The notes beneath the pieces are model-generated. The model was not told the DNA's origin. It made no database searches and saw only the letters and a list, made by a program, of their open reading frames with translations. DNA of 60,495 nucleotides from Candidatus Adlerbacteria bacterium RIFCSPHIGHO2_12_FULL_53_18 (GTDB taxonomy: Bacteria > Patescibacteriota > Minisyncoccia > Phycocordibacterales > SBAW01): positions 1-60,495 of the forward strand of contig MEWW01000016.1 in NCBI GenBank assembly GCA_001775475.1. The letters are read 5' to 3'. The position numbers were made by a program, and so were the translations under genes. Shown piece after piece: positions 1-9,134 of this stretch (positions are counted from its first letter, which is position 1; each line of letters opens with the position of its first letter).

Positions 1-671
<671 letters not shown>

Positions 672-835
672 TACCCGCATAGGTACAAAAAGAAGCTTGA
701 GAACCGCAATAATCTGTTGTGTCTTTCTTAATTCTATTTTTGTTTTTACCTGCCCATCTACACACCCACAAAAAGACCCACATTGGAAGTGAGCGCGCGA
801 TGGAATTTATTTGTCAAAGGTCGCCATCATTTAGA

Positions 836-861
836 AACAAAAAATCCCGCTCTTCGCGGGA
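836..861 (-). terminator. terminator-like hairpin plus U-run inside the 23S leader
   Basis: Minus strand reads TCCCGC-gaaga-GCGGGA followed by TTTTTTGTTT. It lies about 70-90 nt downstream of the predicted TSS of the 935-963 promoter. Confidence 0.4.
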
Positions 862-934
862 CAACGCGCAAGACAAGCTCGTGCTGTTATCGCCGCCTAG
901 TGAATTTCTCGTTTATAAACATATGGATACTTTG

Positions 935-963
935 AGTATATAGGAGGGGGTGTGGCATGTCAA
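935..963 (-). promoter_or_regulatory. sigma70-type promoter upstream of 23S rRNA
   Basis: Minus strand reads TTGACA (958-963), a 17-nt spacer, then TATACT (935-940). It sits about 255 nt upstream of the mature 23S 5' end. Confidence 0.6.
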
Positions 964-991
964 ACCCGAGAGGCCGGGGTCTTTGGTACGT

Positions 992-1017
992 AAAACCGCC
1001 CTTAATAGGGCGGTTTT
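992..1017. terminator. stem-loop terminator downstream of 1041..1736
   Basis: AAAACCGCCC-ttaata-GGGCGGTTTT forms a perfect 10-bp stem whose A/T runs make it usable on both strands. Confidence 0.7.
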
Positions 1018-1040
1018 ACAGGAATGATACGGAAGTGAAG

Positions 1041-1736
1041 CTAAGCGCGGTTGCCCCGATGCATGTCCTCGCGGGTGCGCTCGATAAAGCGCGCCGCTGC
1101 CTCTTGACCGCCAAGCCCGAATGAGAGGCCGAAGGCGAGCGAGAGTGCGACCACGATACCCATGAAGAGCGTCTGGAAGTACTGCGCCGCAATGCCAAGC
1201 TGGCTAAGTGCCACGATAATGGCAAAGACCCAGATAGACCAGCGAGCAACCGTACCGGCAAAACCGGCCGAGCGGATACCCGCCGCGCGAGCGGCACCCA
1301 CCACGATGTTCTGTACAAGTTCCGCGATAACGGCGCCGACCAGGATTATGAGTACGGCGACGATTACTGTCGGGAGGAAGGACACCACAACCTGCTGCAA
1401 GAAGAGCGTCACCGGTGTAAGCGCCAGCGCCTGCAAAGACGCCATCAAAAACACGATGATAACAAACCACTTGACCAAGGTGCCGAGGAAGGCGCCCGAG
1501 TCGAGGGTGTAACCTGCGCGTGACACTATCTCCTCAACGCCCACGCTTTTGAGCGCATGGTCTACCTTAATTGAGCGTACGGCTTGCGTGACGATTCGGC
1601 CCAGGAGGTTGCCGATGAACCAGCCGACGACAAAAATGATAATGGCGAACAGGAGATTCGGAAGGAAGGCAACGGTGCTTGAGAGCAAGTTCGAGAACGA
1701 CTGCTGAAGCACGTCAGCCCACGTCTGCACGATCAT
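1041..1736 (-). CDS. multi-pass membrane protein, conserved-TM-helix repeat type (MscS-associated family-like)
   Basis: The 231-aa ORF has repeated hydrophobic helices (FLPNLLFAIIIFVVGWFIGNLLGRIV, VARWSIWVFAIIVALSQLGI). The family call is from memory of TM_helix repeat proteins. Confidence 0.55.
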   Translation of the reverse strand: MIVQTWADVLQQSFSNLLSSTVAFLPNLLFAIIIFVVGWFIGNLLGRIVTQAVRSIKVDHALKSVGVEEIVSRAGYTLDSGAFLGTLVKWFVIIVFLMASLQALALTPVTLFLQQVVVSFLPTVIVAVLIILVGAVIAELVQNIVVGAARAAGIRSAGFAGTVARWSIWVFAIIVALSQLGIAAQYFQTLFMGIVVALSLAFGLSFGLGGQEAAARFIERTREDMHRGNRA

Positions 1737-1842
1737 ATGAAATTCGTTGGATGAATAATAAACGACCTACTAAAGTTCGACTCCTTAATTGTAACAACAG
1801 GGAAGCCTCCTGTCGCCCTGCGTGTGGATACCCAAAACTCCT

Positions 1843-2421
1843 TTATTTAAGCCCGATGTCGAGTCGGTCGAACACTATTATGTGTGGATAGTCGAACATG
1901 TCGCGCAGGAGGCGGTCGCTCATGTTGAGGCGATAAAAAAAGTCGGGAGTCGACATCCAGGCATAGCGCACCTCCTTCCCTATCTCTGCTTCGAGCATTT
2001 TTATCTTCTTGATGAGCGTTTTCTCTTTGATACGGTCTCCAACCACAAGTAGGTCAAGAGAGCCGTTCCACTCGCCTACAAAAACGCCAGCGACAACAAT
2101 GAGCTTGAGAGCCCCCACTGAGCGCAGGCGCGCGGGCATCTCTGCCCCACGCGCGGGTGCGTTGATCATCAAATTTTGAAGCGCCTCGATGTACGGCGAA
2201 GTTGCCGCAAGGCCGTAGCGCATCATGCCGCGGCGCGGATGGCGCTCGAGGAGCCCGAGGCGTAAAAAGAGACTGATTTCCTGCCGCGCGTCACGAGGCT
2301 TCACTTGCGCACGAATGGCGGCTTCTTCAATCGAGATCAAATGCTGCGGGTTAAATAAAAAAAGGCGCAGGAGCTTGACGCGTGCAGCAGAGCCAAAGAG
2401 TTTTATCAGCGTATCAGTCAT
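1843..2421 (-). CDS. winged-helix plus nucleotidyltransferase-like domain protein
   Basis: I moved the start to MTDTLIKLF (ATG at 2421) because the longer ORF would run through the rplL terminator. The N-terminus looks like a wHTH (ARVKLLRLFLFNP). The C-terminus has GSLDLLVVGD, a minimal nucleotidyltransferase-like motif. Confidence 0.55.
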   Translation of the reverse strand: MTDTLIKLFGSAARVKLLRLFLFNPQHLISIEEAAIRAQVKPRDARQEISLFLRLGLLERHPRRGMMRYGLAATSPYIEALQNLMINAPARGAEMPARLRSVGALKLIVVAGVFVGEWNGSLDLLVVGDRIKEKTLIKKIKMLEAEIGKEVRYAWMSTPDFFYRLNMSDRLLRDMFDYPHIIVFDRLDIGLK

Positions 2422-2480
2422 ACAGAGTGTCAGTACTACCCACCTGAGCTTCGTAATTGTATGCGAGAGCGCCCGACAAA

Positions 2481-2508
2481 GCAAAAATCCCCGGCTGGGG
2501 ATTTTTGC
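2481..2508. terminator. rho-independent terminator after rplL
   Basis: GCAAAAATCCCC-ggct-GGGGATTTTTGC forms a perfect 12-bp stem with U-runs on either strand. Confidence 0.75.
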
Positions 2509-2528
2509 AACACATTTGTCAACTGGTT

Positions 2529-2954
2529 TTACTTCAACTCAACCTTGCCGCCGGCTGCCTCGACTGCCGCTTTGAGCTTGTCCGCCTCCTCCTTCTTCAA
2601 GCCCTCTTTGAGCATGGCGGGAGCGGCGTCTACCAAGTCCTTAGCCTCTTTGAGGCCAAGGCCCAAGGCGTCCTTGACCGCCTTTATGACCTGCACCTTC
2701 TGCGCCCCTGCGTCGGTCAACTGGACGTTAAACGAGGTCTTTTCCTCGCCCGCACCAGCCCCGGCACCCGGTGCCGCTACGGCGACCGCCGCCGCTGAGA
2801 CGCCCCAGTGACCCTCCAAGGCCTTCACGAGCTCGTGGAGCTCCAAAACCGACATCTTCTCAACCTTCTCAACGATATCTTTGAACTTGGCGGGTACCTC
2901 GGCCCTTGTTCCTTCGGCCGCAACCGGTGCCGCTACTGCTGTTTCGTCTGCCAT
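2529..2954 (-). CDS. rplL: 50S ribosomal protein L7/L12
   Basis: The N-terminal dimerisation helix is followed by an Ala/Gly hinge. The C-terminal domain reads [24 protein letters not shown]...AGGKVELK. Confidence 0.95.
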   Translation of the reverse strand: MADETAVAAPVAAEGTRAEVPAKFKDIVEKVEKMSVLELHELVKALEGHWGVSAAAVAVAAPGAGAGAGEEKTSFNVQLTDAGAQKVQVIKAVKDALGLGLKEAKDLVDAAPAMLKEGLKKEEADKLKAAVEAAGGKVELK

Positions 2955-2964
2955 ATGTTAATTA

Positions 2965-3483
2965 TTATTCTCCCTTTTCCGCCTTTGCGTTCAATACGAC
3001 CGCAAAGCGCTGTAAGGGGCTGTTAATAAGTTGTACAAACTGCGCGCGAAGCGCGTCCATGCCGGGGATTGCGGAGATCGAGATAATCTCTTCGCGGCCC
3101 ACAAACTTCCCGCCAAACACCCCGCCCACAAACGCGAGGTGCTCGGGGAACTTTTTGACAAAGCTGCCCAGCTCGCGTGCGGGCGCAAGCTCATCCTCTT
3201 TGCCTTGCGAAGCCTCGGCGGAGTAGGGGCCGTAAGCCAACGCAACCTCGCCCTCGAGCTCCGGCATCTGTCCTTCAAAACCAGCGCTTCCAAGCGCTCG
3301 ACGAAGTAAGGACTTCTTGGCTACCGTGTAGCCGATACCCTGCGCGCGAAGGCTTTTGCGCATCTCGTTTTGCTCTGCGACCGTGAGCCCTTTAAAGTTT
3401 GCAAACACAAGCGTCTTGGCCTGCTTTGCAATACCTTCAACCTTTTCTACTATTTCTGCTTTCTTTTGTTTTGTGATTGCCAT
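2965..3483 (-). CDS. rplJ: 50S ribosomal protein L10
   Basis: Sequence MAITKQKKAEIVEKV...LVFANFKGLTVAEQNEMRKSLR is typical of L10. The gene lies directly upstream of rplL. Confidence 0.95.
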   Translation of the reverse strand: MAITKQKKAEIVEKVEGIAKQAKTLVFANFKGLTVAEQNEMRKSLRAQGIGYTVAKKSLLRRALGSAGFEGQMPELEGEVALAYGPYSAEASQGKEDELAPARELGSFVKKFPEHLAFVGGVFGGKFVGREEIISISAIPGMDALRAQFVQLINSPLQRFAVVLNAKAEKGE

Positions 3484-3653
3484 ACTTCTTGATGTCGCAA
3501 ATTCCAGTCGGATTTGCGAAAAAGAAAAAGGCCCATAATCAGGCCATGGAGTCGACCTCTGCGTAGGAGTTCTTGTATTAACGCCCCTCTGGGCTTCCTA
3601 CGGTCTTCGTGGCTCTGTAAGGGAAGACTATCGCGGGTGGGCAACGTTGTCAA
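3484..3653 (-). promoter_or_regulatory. rplJL promoter and ~135-nt structured 5' leader (candidate L10-leader-type autoregulatory RNA)
   Basis: Minus strand reads TTGACA (3648-3653), a 17-nt spacer, then TAGTCT (3625-3630). The leader has a GGCC/GGCC hairpin followed by CTTTTTCTTTTT (3519-3545). A second 8-bp hairpin TCGCAAAT/ATTTGCGA (3495-3519) sits just before the ATG. Confidence 0.45.
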
Positions 3654-3751
3654 TGTCTTTAATCCTTATATCTTACTCTCTCACTCCTGTGTACAAATGT
3701 ATAAAGAACAAAATAGTTTTAAAGATGCGACCGTCAACTTACGACTATTTT

Positions 3752-4309
3752 TTATAAGCCAAAGCGGCGCCTAAGAGGAGCATCAAATTCCATTTTGTCT
3801 ACCACCATATACAAAAGATCTTTCCCTACACGCAGGTCGATCTTAAAGTTTATGACGATGTCTTCGCAGTCATAGGGGTACACCTACACACTGTCCTGAA
3901 GTCGTGTGAACCCAAGCTGCAGTAATGTTCTGCGTATTTGAGCACGGGTTCCTCTGCGTCGTTCTGGTATATCAAAGATGAGCACGCGCCACTTACCGTC
4001 CCAGCGACGAGGTTTTTTGGGGGCCAGTTTCCCCTCTCCAATAAATGCCGCGTATGTTTCTCCATTAGGAGTTAGCCGTGCGCGGCCATCTTCGAGCACA
4101 ACATAGCCATGCTCGATAAGTTTAGTCAGGGATTTTTTAACAGCTTGTCTCCGCTGTGGAAGCAGGCCGGTTTTACCGAGAGCACCGAGCACGTTAGGTG
4201 CTAGTATCGCAACCGCAAGCCCGCCACTAACAGCCAGCGTACCAATAATGGCCGAATTAATGCGGGTTCGCCGTACTTTCTTTCGTACAGAGTCTTCAAT
4301 CTTACCCAT
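3752..4309 (-). pseudogene. PaaX-like / Cas2-fold wHTH protein interrupted by one in-frame TAG (at 3884-3886)
   Basis: The 141-aa ORF ends ...FTRLQDSV-TAG. The same frame then continues VYPYDCEDIVINFKIDLRVGKDLLYMVVDKMEFDAPLRRRFGL-TAA, with that stop at 3752-3754. The motif WDGKWRVLIFDIPE is typical of the PaaX C-terminal-like family. Confidence 0.6.
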
Positions 4310-4379
4310 ATCCTTACAATACTACCGTAGTTTTAATTTGACGGTCGTTTAGTTATGAATATCTCTGATATTTTGGCCA

Positions 4380-4517
4380 CTATTGGGGATGTGCCACGTT
4401 GTCAACGTTAGGTACGCCTAGATTTGACACTACGACAACCACTCCGAAGGCTATCGTCACGATAGCCACAAAGCCGACAAAAAAACGGAAGAAGGTCTTG
4501 GTAAAGTAGCGGTCCAT
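4380..4517 (-). CDS. small hydrophobic protein (45 aa)
   Basis: MDRYFTKTFFRFFVGFVAIVTIAFGVVVVVSNLG has a single TM helix. The ATG is 8 nt after the stop of the upstream gene. Confidence 0.3.
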   Translation of the reverse strand: MDRYFTKTFFRFFVGFVAIVTIAFGVVVVVSNLGVPNVDNVAHPQ

Positions 4518-4524
4518 GACTGAA

Positions 4525-6498
4525 TTATATCTCCTCAAGCCGCATAACGGATATGGTGGATTTTTCCTTCTGCTCCTCAAAGTGTTGCTGCAACCTCTGT
4601 GTGAGAGGAGCGTTTGGATTAAGCTCAACTACCTTCTGCACTCTCTTTAGCGCCCCAGGTATATCCACACTATAGAGGTGGAGCAGCGCGTCTAGCGTGG
4701 GCGTGAGGAGGTTCGTAGGAGAGAGAGGGTACGCTCCAGCGACCACCTCTTTTGCCTCTTCCAATTTATCCTCCTCGCTGAGGATGGTCTCAATAGCGAG
4801 CAAGTGGGCAAAGTTAAGTCGAGCGCGGTAGTGGTCTGGCTCTACTTCTAGATAGCGGCGATACCGGTCTTCATATACTTGTATCTCAGAGAGCACCACC
4901 TCGACTGTCTGCGTAGTTGCTTCCCCATTTGCTATCTGTTCAAGAATCCCCCTAATAAGAGAGGCTGACGTCGAGCGTAACGGCTCAAAACTCGAAAGAC
5001 GAGCGGTGGCGACTTCTGCCAATTGGAGCCGCTTCTCTGTTCTCGGTTCAACAAAGAGTCGATAGAGGGCGTACTGTCGATTGTATTCATTAAAAGACAG
5101 CACCGCACTTACACCCGCCAGCACTACAAGCGCTGCCGCGCCCACTTTGTAGTATGCAGCTGGTATTGAAATAGCAGGTTGAGAGCCGACCATCGAGCGC
5201 TCGAGCCATAGTGTATACCCTCCGATAACCCCGAGCAGCATAAAGGAACCGACGGTATCAAAGGCGGTTTGCAGCTGCAAAAAGTGTGCAAGCGGCAGTG
5301 CGTAGAGAACGACCGCTTCGGTATCCCCCACAACACCACGTCGCCGAGCACGGTACACCGTCCACACAAACACCGCCGCTACCGCAAGGTGGGCGAGTAC
5401 GCCAACAAGTCCCGTAGTGACCAGCGTATCCACTATGACGTTGTGCGCACGATCAAACCAAACCTCGCCGATAAATTCGTCTTCAAAAAGCCTGTTGTTA
5501 AAGTGACCCTGAAATGCTCGCTCAAAATTCTCTGGTCCCCACCCAAAGAGCGGCCGCTCCTTAAACGCCTCGAGGCCGCCCTGCCAGACAAGAATGCGAG
5601 CTCCTGTTGAGGACTCGATATACTGCTCCTGCACCACACTCCCGGGCGTAAAGAGGAGCACCACGCCGCCCAGTACAGCCGCCACAAATATTCCACCCCA
5701 TGTGAACACTGCATACTTTTTATATGCGCCTGCATACTTCTGCAGTAAGAGATACCCTCCAAAAAACATGACCAGCAACACTGCTGTGGCACTCGAGGCC
5801 CGAGCGCTGCCGAGCGGCGCGGCTGCATGTACAAGATCCCCAACGCTAAAAAGTACCGGGGAAAAAAACATGAGAGCTGCGGCACCGATGAGCGAGTACC
5901 AGCTTCGCGTCCATGCAGGAGTTCTTGAAAGCTCAACAAGAGCTACCACGAGGGCAAGGAGGAGATAAGCCCCGGCAAAGGTACTGTTTCCAAAGGTAAG
6001 GCCCGGGACATCGAAGTTGAGCGTTAGTAAGCGCCCCGAGAGGCCGGCACCTTCGGTGCCAAACATGGTTAAAAACCCGAATAACCCGGCCGAGAATACA
6101 ATGGTGCGCCGTATAAGCGACCAATCCCGCGCCGTACAAAACTCACCGAGAAGCAAGGCAAGCACGGCAATATGAGTGAGAAAGAAAACACCACTCGAGC
6201 GTTGGATGTCGGCAAAAACCGACCGTTCAGGAAAGACCCCAAGAAAAGCCGAAAGCCAGTACACTGTAAGCAGTGCCGCAGCCGCCCACAAGAAGGGCCT
6301 TTGTTTGATATTGAATGACTGTTTACCTTGAGCGTATAAAACGGCTGCAATGCCTGCCAAAACAAGCACCGCGCCGACTATAAGAAAATACTTGACGTTT
6401 ATCGCCGCGTGAAAGAGATGCCGCGAAGTGGCAAACGGCACGACGGCAAACAGTAGGGCGGAGATAACGCCAAATACCGTAATTCTGTCCACCAACAA
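4525..6498 (-). CDS. O-antigen ligase/polymerase-like (Wzy_C-type) membrane protein with C-terminal helical-repeat domain
   Basis: The protein has more than 10 TM segments and the motif RPLFGWGPENFERAF. The start is uncertain: the track start at 6591 overlaps the upstream terminator, so I chose the in-frame TTG at 6498. Confidence 0.6.
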   Translation of the reverse strand: MLVDRITVFGVISALLFAVVPFATSRHLFHAAINVKYFLIVGAVLVLAGIAAVLYAQGKQSFNIKQRPFLWAAAALLTVYWLSAFLGVFPERSVFADIQRSSGVFFLTHIAVLALLLGEFCTARDWSLIRRTIVFSAGLFGFLTMFGTEGAGLSGRLLTLNFDVPGLTFGNSTFAGAYLLLALVVALVELSRTPAWTRSWYSLIGAAALMFFSPVLFSVGDLVHAAAPLGSARASSATAVLLVMFFGGYLLLQKYAGAYKKYAVFTWGGIFVAAVLGGVVLLFTPGSVVQEQYIESSTGARILVWQGGLEAFKERPLFGWGPENFERAFQGHFNNRLFEDEFIGEVWFDRAHNVIVDTLVTTGLVGVLAHLAVAAVFVWTVYRARRRGVVGDTEAVVLYALPLAHFLQLQTAFDTVGSFMLLGVIGGYTLWLERSMVGSQPAISIPAAYYKVGAAALVVLAGVSAVLSFNEYNRQYALYRLFVEPRTEKRLQLAEVATARLSSFEPLRSTSASLIRGILEQIANGEATTQTVEVVLSEIQVYEDRYRRYLEVEPDHYRARLNFAHLLAIETILSEEDKLEEAKEVVAGAYPLSPTNLLTPTLDALLHLYSVDIPGALKRVQKVVELNPNAPLTQRLQQHFEEQKEKSTISVMRLEEI

Positions 6499-6523
6499 AT
6501 TGTAGCAAGCGGGTAGGTAAAAC

Positions 6524-6549
6524 AAAAACACCCCCGAAGGGGTGTTTTT
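6524..6549. terminator. rho-independent terminator after 6622..8658
   Basis: AAAAACACCCC-cgaa-GGGGTGTTTTT forms a perfect 11-bp stem. Confidence 0.75.
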
Positions 6550-6621
6550 GTGCGTACCTTGTACAGCGTACGCTACCAGGTTCTTACTCAAGAGACCGCG
6601 CGACTGCTCGTCTTGGCTAAA

Positions 6622-8658
6622 CTAGTTAGCGAAGATCGGGTCAGTGTCGTAGTCGTCGAGGTCGAACTCGTAGAGGCTCATAGTATCGTCGTCCTGAGTC
6701 GTGGAGAAGCCAATACCGACCAGGTGCAGGCTGTGGTAGCCGTCGCTGGCGGTGTCAACCGTGGCGTTAGAGCGGGTAACCGTGAGGGTGATGCGAGCAG
6801 ATTCGCCATCCTCAAAGGTGTACTCGTCTACGCCGTCGTCCGCAACCGTTCCGGACTGGTCAACTTTGGAGACCGCAGTCGAGAGAAGGGTTGTAGTAGC
6901 TGTACCATCAATCTCGTAGCGGAACACTTGGCCGCCGAGGTCAACGTCCGGTACTGACGCACCGCCATCGGCCACGTCAGTAGAGGAGGCCAAGTTGCCC
7001 ACGTATACCGTGCCGTCAAAGGCCGCGATGTCGTAGACAAGCTTGAGGGTTGCGGTATCGTCGTCATTCGTACCATCCGCACCCGCCACGACGCTTTCCT
7101 CAGCCGAGACGAAGGTGGCATTGATACCTACATCGTAGAAGGCAATCGGATCGCCAGTTGCAGTGCCGGTCTTGTCGGTACCGTCGGTAAGTGATTCACC
7201 GGTCTCATCCTCCGCGTCAAGTACGGCGCGGTTAGAGGTAGAGAAGGATGCCGTAAGTGCATCGCCTTCCACAAGGTTAGCGTCAGTGTCGTTGATGTCT
7301 GCCTTGACGATAACGGTCACCTTGTCGCCCTCGTCGATAGTTACATCGACATCGTCGAAGGTAACAGTTGCGCCAGAAGTACCGACAACTGCTGCGGAAC
7401 CAGCTTCTGACCACTCTGTACCGTCAACGTCGATGTAGACAGTGCTTGCAATATGAGCAAGCGTGGTTGCCGTACCACCAGATGAGGTTGCGAAGTTAAT
7501 CGGGATATCGCGGACACGGATATCGCCGCCTTCTGCCTCAAGGGTGAAGCGGAAGAGCTCAACGCCATCTGTGTTGCTGGTGCTGTGGATGTTAACCACA
7601 CCTTTAGGTGTGTCGTCGCTCGAAGCTGCCTTCAACTCAACATCATTTGCAGTTGCAAAGGTGTCGAAGGTGAAGTTGCGGCCAGTGGCATCGTTGATGT
7701 CACCGGTTGCGCTGTCGGTGACAGACGCACCCTGTGCATCGCGGAAGCGCACATTCTCGAACTCAATGTTCCAGACGTCGGTTGCATCAGTCGAGTCAAG
7801 GTTGTTGATACCAGAAACTGCGATAGTAAGGTCGCCTGTTTCGCCGGCTTCAATGATGCCGCCTGCATCGAGTGAAATCGTTCGGTCGAAGTTCTGGTCA
7901 TCGCGGAAGTCACTTGCATCTACGCGAGCAACTTCTTTGCCGTTGACCCAGACAGAAACCTCATCAGCATACTCGTCAAGGTCCTTGGTTCCAACGCCGC
8001 TGCCAGGAGAGAAGTTGAGGTTAACTGCCGTGAGCTCAATGTCAGAGCCGCTGTCAGCCTCGAGGTCGAGACCAGCGACTTCTACATCTTCTGCGCCCTC
8101 GCCAACTTGCTCATTGTTGAGGCCAGAGACGTAGTCAGCGTCGTTGATAGAGCCTGCGCCGCCCTGAAGAGTGGTCGGAGTGCTCGGTGTACCCGGAGTA
8201 CCCGGAGTACCAGGGGCTGCTGAAGTAGCCCATGCCTGCTGCGAGATAGGGCCAAAGTAGCCTACTGGCGGAACAATATTCTTAGAGGCCTGCCATGCTG
8301 CTACTGCTGCCCGAGTCTGGGTACCGAAGTAGCCAGTCGCACCTGCGGGGATCGAGAAACCCATGGAGATGAGGTTCTCTTGGAGGCAAGTTACTTGCGG
8401 GCCAGTTGCACCTATCGTCAAAGGACCGGTGAAGGTGCAGAGGCTTGTAGTAGAGCTGCCACCTGATACCAGTGCCTGAATTGCTGCCGCCTGAGAGCCG
8501 GTCAACCCAAGGACCTGGATGATGGTCGTAGCCTCAGCTTGGGTAAGCGCGTATGCCGGAGCCACAAAGCCGCCGAAGGCGACTGCGAGCACCAAACCTG
8601 CGCCAACCGCCAAAGCGACGATCCGGGAACTTTTTGTAATGCTAATAGTCATACACAA
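6622..8658 (-). CDS. secreted, very acidic cell-surface protein: signal peptide, peptidoglycan-binding-like domain, then D/T/G-rich beta-modules
   Basis: The signal peptide ends ...FVAPAYA. The segment GATGPQVTCLQENLISMGFSIPAGATGYFGTQTRAAVAAWQ resembles PG_binding_1. A PGTPGTPGTPSTP linker is followed by about 500 aa rich in D, T, G and V. Confidence 0.6.
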   Translation of the reverse strand: MCMTISITKSSRIVALAVGAGLVLAVAFGGFVAPAYALTQAEATTIIQVLGLTGSQAAAIQALVSGGSSTTSLCTFTGPLTIGATGPQVTCLQENLISMGFSIPAGATGYFGTQTRAAVAAWQASKNIVPPVGYFGPISQQAWATSAAPGTPGTPGTPSTPTTLQGGAGSINDADYVSGLNNEQVGEGAEDVEVAGLDLEADSGSDIELTAVNLNFSPGSGVGTKDLDEYADEVSVWVNGKEVARVDASDFRDDQNFDRTISLDAGGIIEAGETGDLTIAVSGINNLDSTDATDVWNIEFENVRFRDAQGASVTDSATGDINDATGRNFTFDTFATANDVELKAASSDDTPKGVVNIHSTSNTDGVELFRFTLEAEGGDIRVRDIPINFATSSGGTATTLAHIASTVYIDVDGTEWSEAGSAAVVGTSGATVTFDDVDVTIDEGDKVTVIVKADINDTDANLVEGDALTASFSTSNRAVLDAEDETGESLTDGTDKTGTATGDPIAFYDVGINATFVSAEESVVAGADGTNDDDTATLKLVYDIAAFDGTVYVGNLASSTDVADGGASVPDVDLGGQVFRYEIDGTATTTLLSTAVSKVDQSGTVADDGVDEYTFEDGESARITLTVTRSNATVDTASDGYHSLHLVGIGFSTTQDDDTMSLYEFDLDDYDTDPIFAN

Positions 8659-8997
8659 TAATTACTTTTAAACCTAAACTTGTAATCGCACCAAGTATGT
8701 CTACCTGCTCTCCCCATCCTTAGCCCTGTTGCCCCTTTATAAAAGGAGCGGACGAAATTACGGAGAGAACGTTGGTAGTAAGAGGGGATTAGGAGTGTCA
8801 GCGTTTGCAGCCGTGGTGGGACAAGGTCGTACTGCCAGTTTATTTGGTGAACCTGCTTATCTATCTAGTAGACGCCTTAAATGCCGCGCACTTACAGGCG
8901 TTCTTCATGCTCTATGTTGTATTAAATTGTCAATGAGCACTCAGTAAACAAACCCTGCGTCAACCCCGTGCAAGGCACGAGGCAGTCGCTAGCCACT

Positions 8998-9027
8998 ATT
9001 ATAGGCCCCATTTGCAAGAGCTGGCAA
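8998..9027 (-). promoter_or_regulatory. sigma70-type promoter ~330 nt upstream of the surface-protein gene
   Basis: Minus strand reads TTGCCA (9022-9027), an 18-nt spacer, then TATAAT (8998-9003). Confidence 0.5.
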
Positions 9028-9134
9028 AAAGGCCTGTGGACAAGCAACTAAGAGCCCTTTTCTGGGCTTTTACCTTTGTTCTGCCGCACAAGGCTAACCT
9101 ATCGCAGGTAGGGGGGTTGGTCAATGTCCCCCAG

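Noticed and set aside
3884-3886. Genome-wide reassignment of TAG (amber) as a sense codon
   Set aside because: TAG ends several well-formed genes at the expected C-termini (efp at 17761-17763, DoxX at 50997-50999, 42197..43195, 47525..47989). No other gene in the window needs TAG read-through.
6622-8658. Diversity-generating retroelement target (variable surface protein)
   Set aside because: No reverse transcriptase is present in the window. I could find no template-repeat copy of the gene's 3' region in nearby intergenic DNA.
8729-8737. Glycine-riboswitch-like AAGGGGCAA on the minus strand in the surface-protein leader
   Set aside because: It is an isolated 9-mer. The accompanying GGAGAG...CACCG and CTCAGG elements are not present in the correct order.
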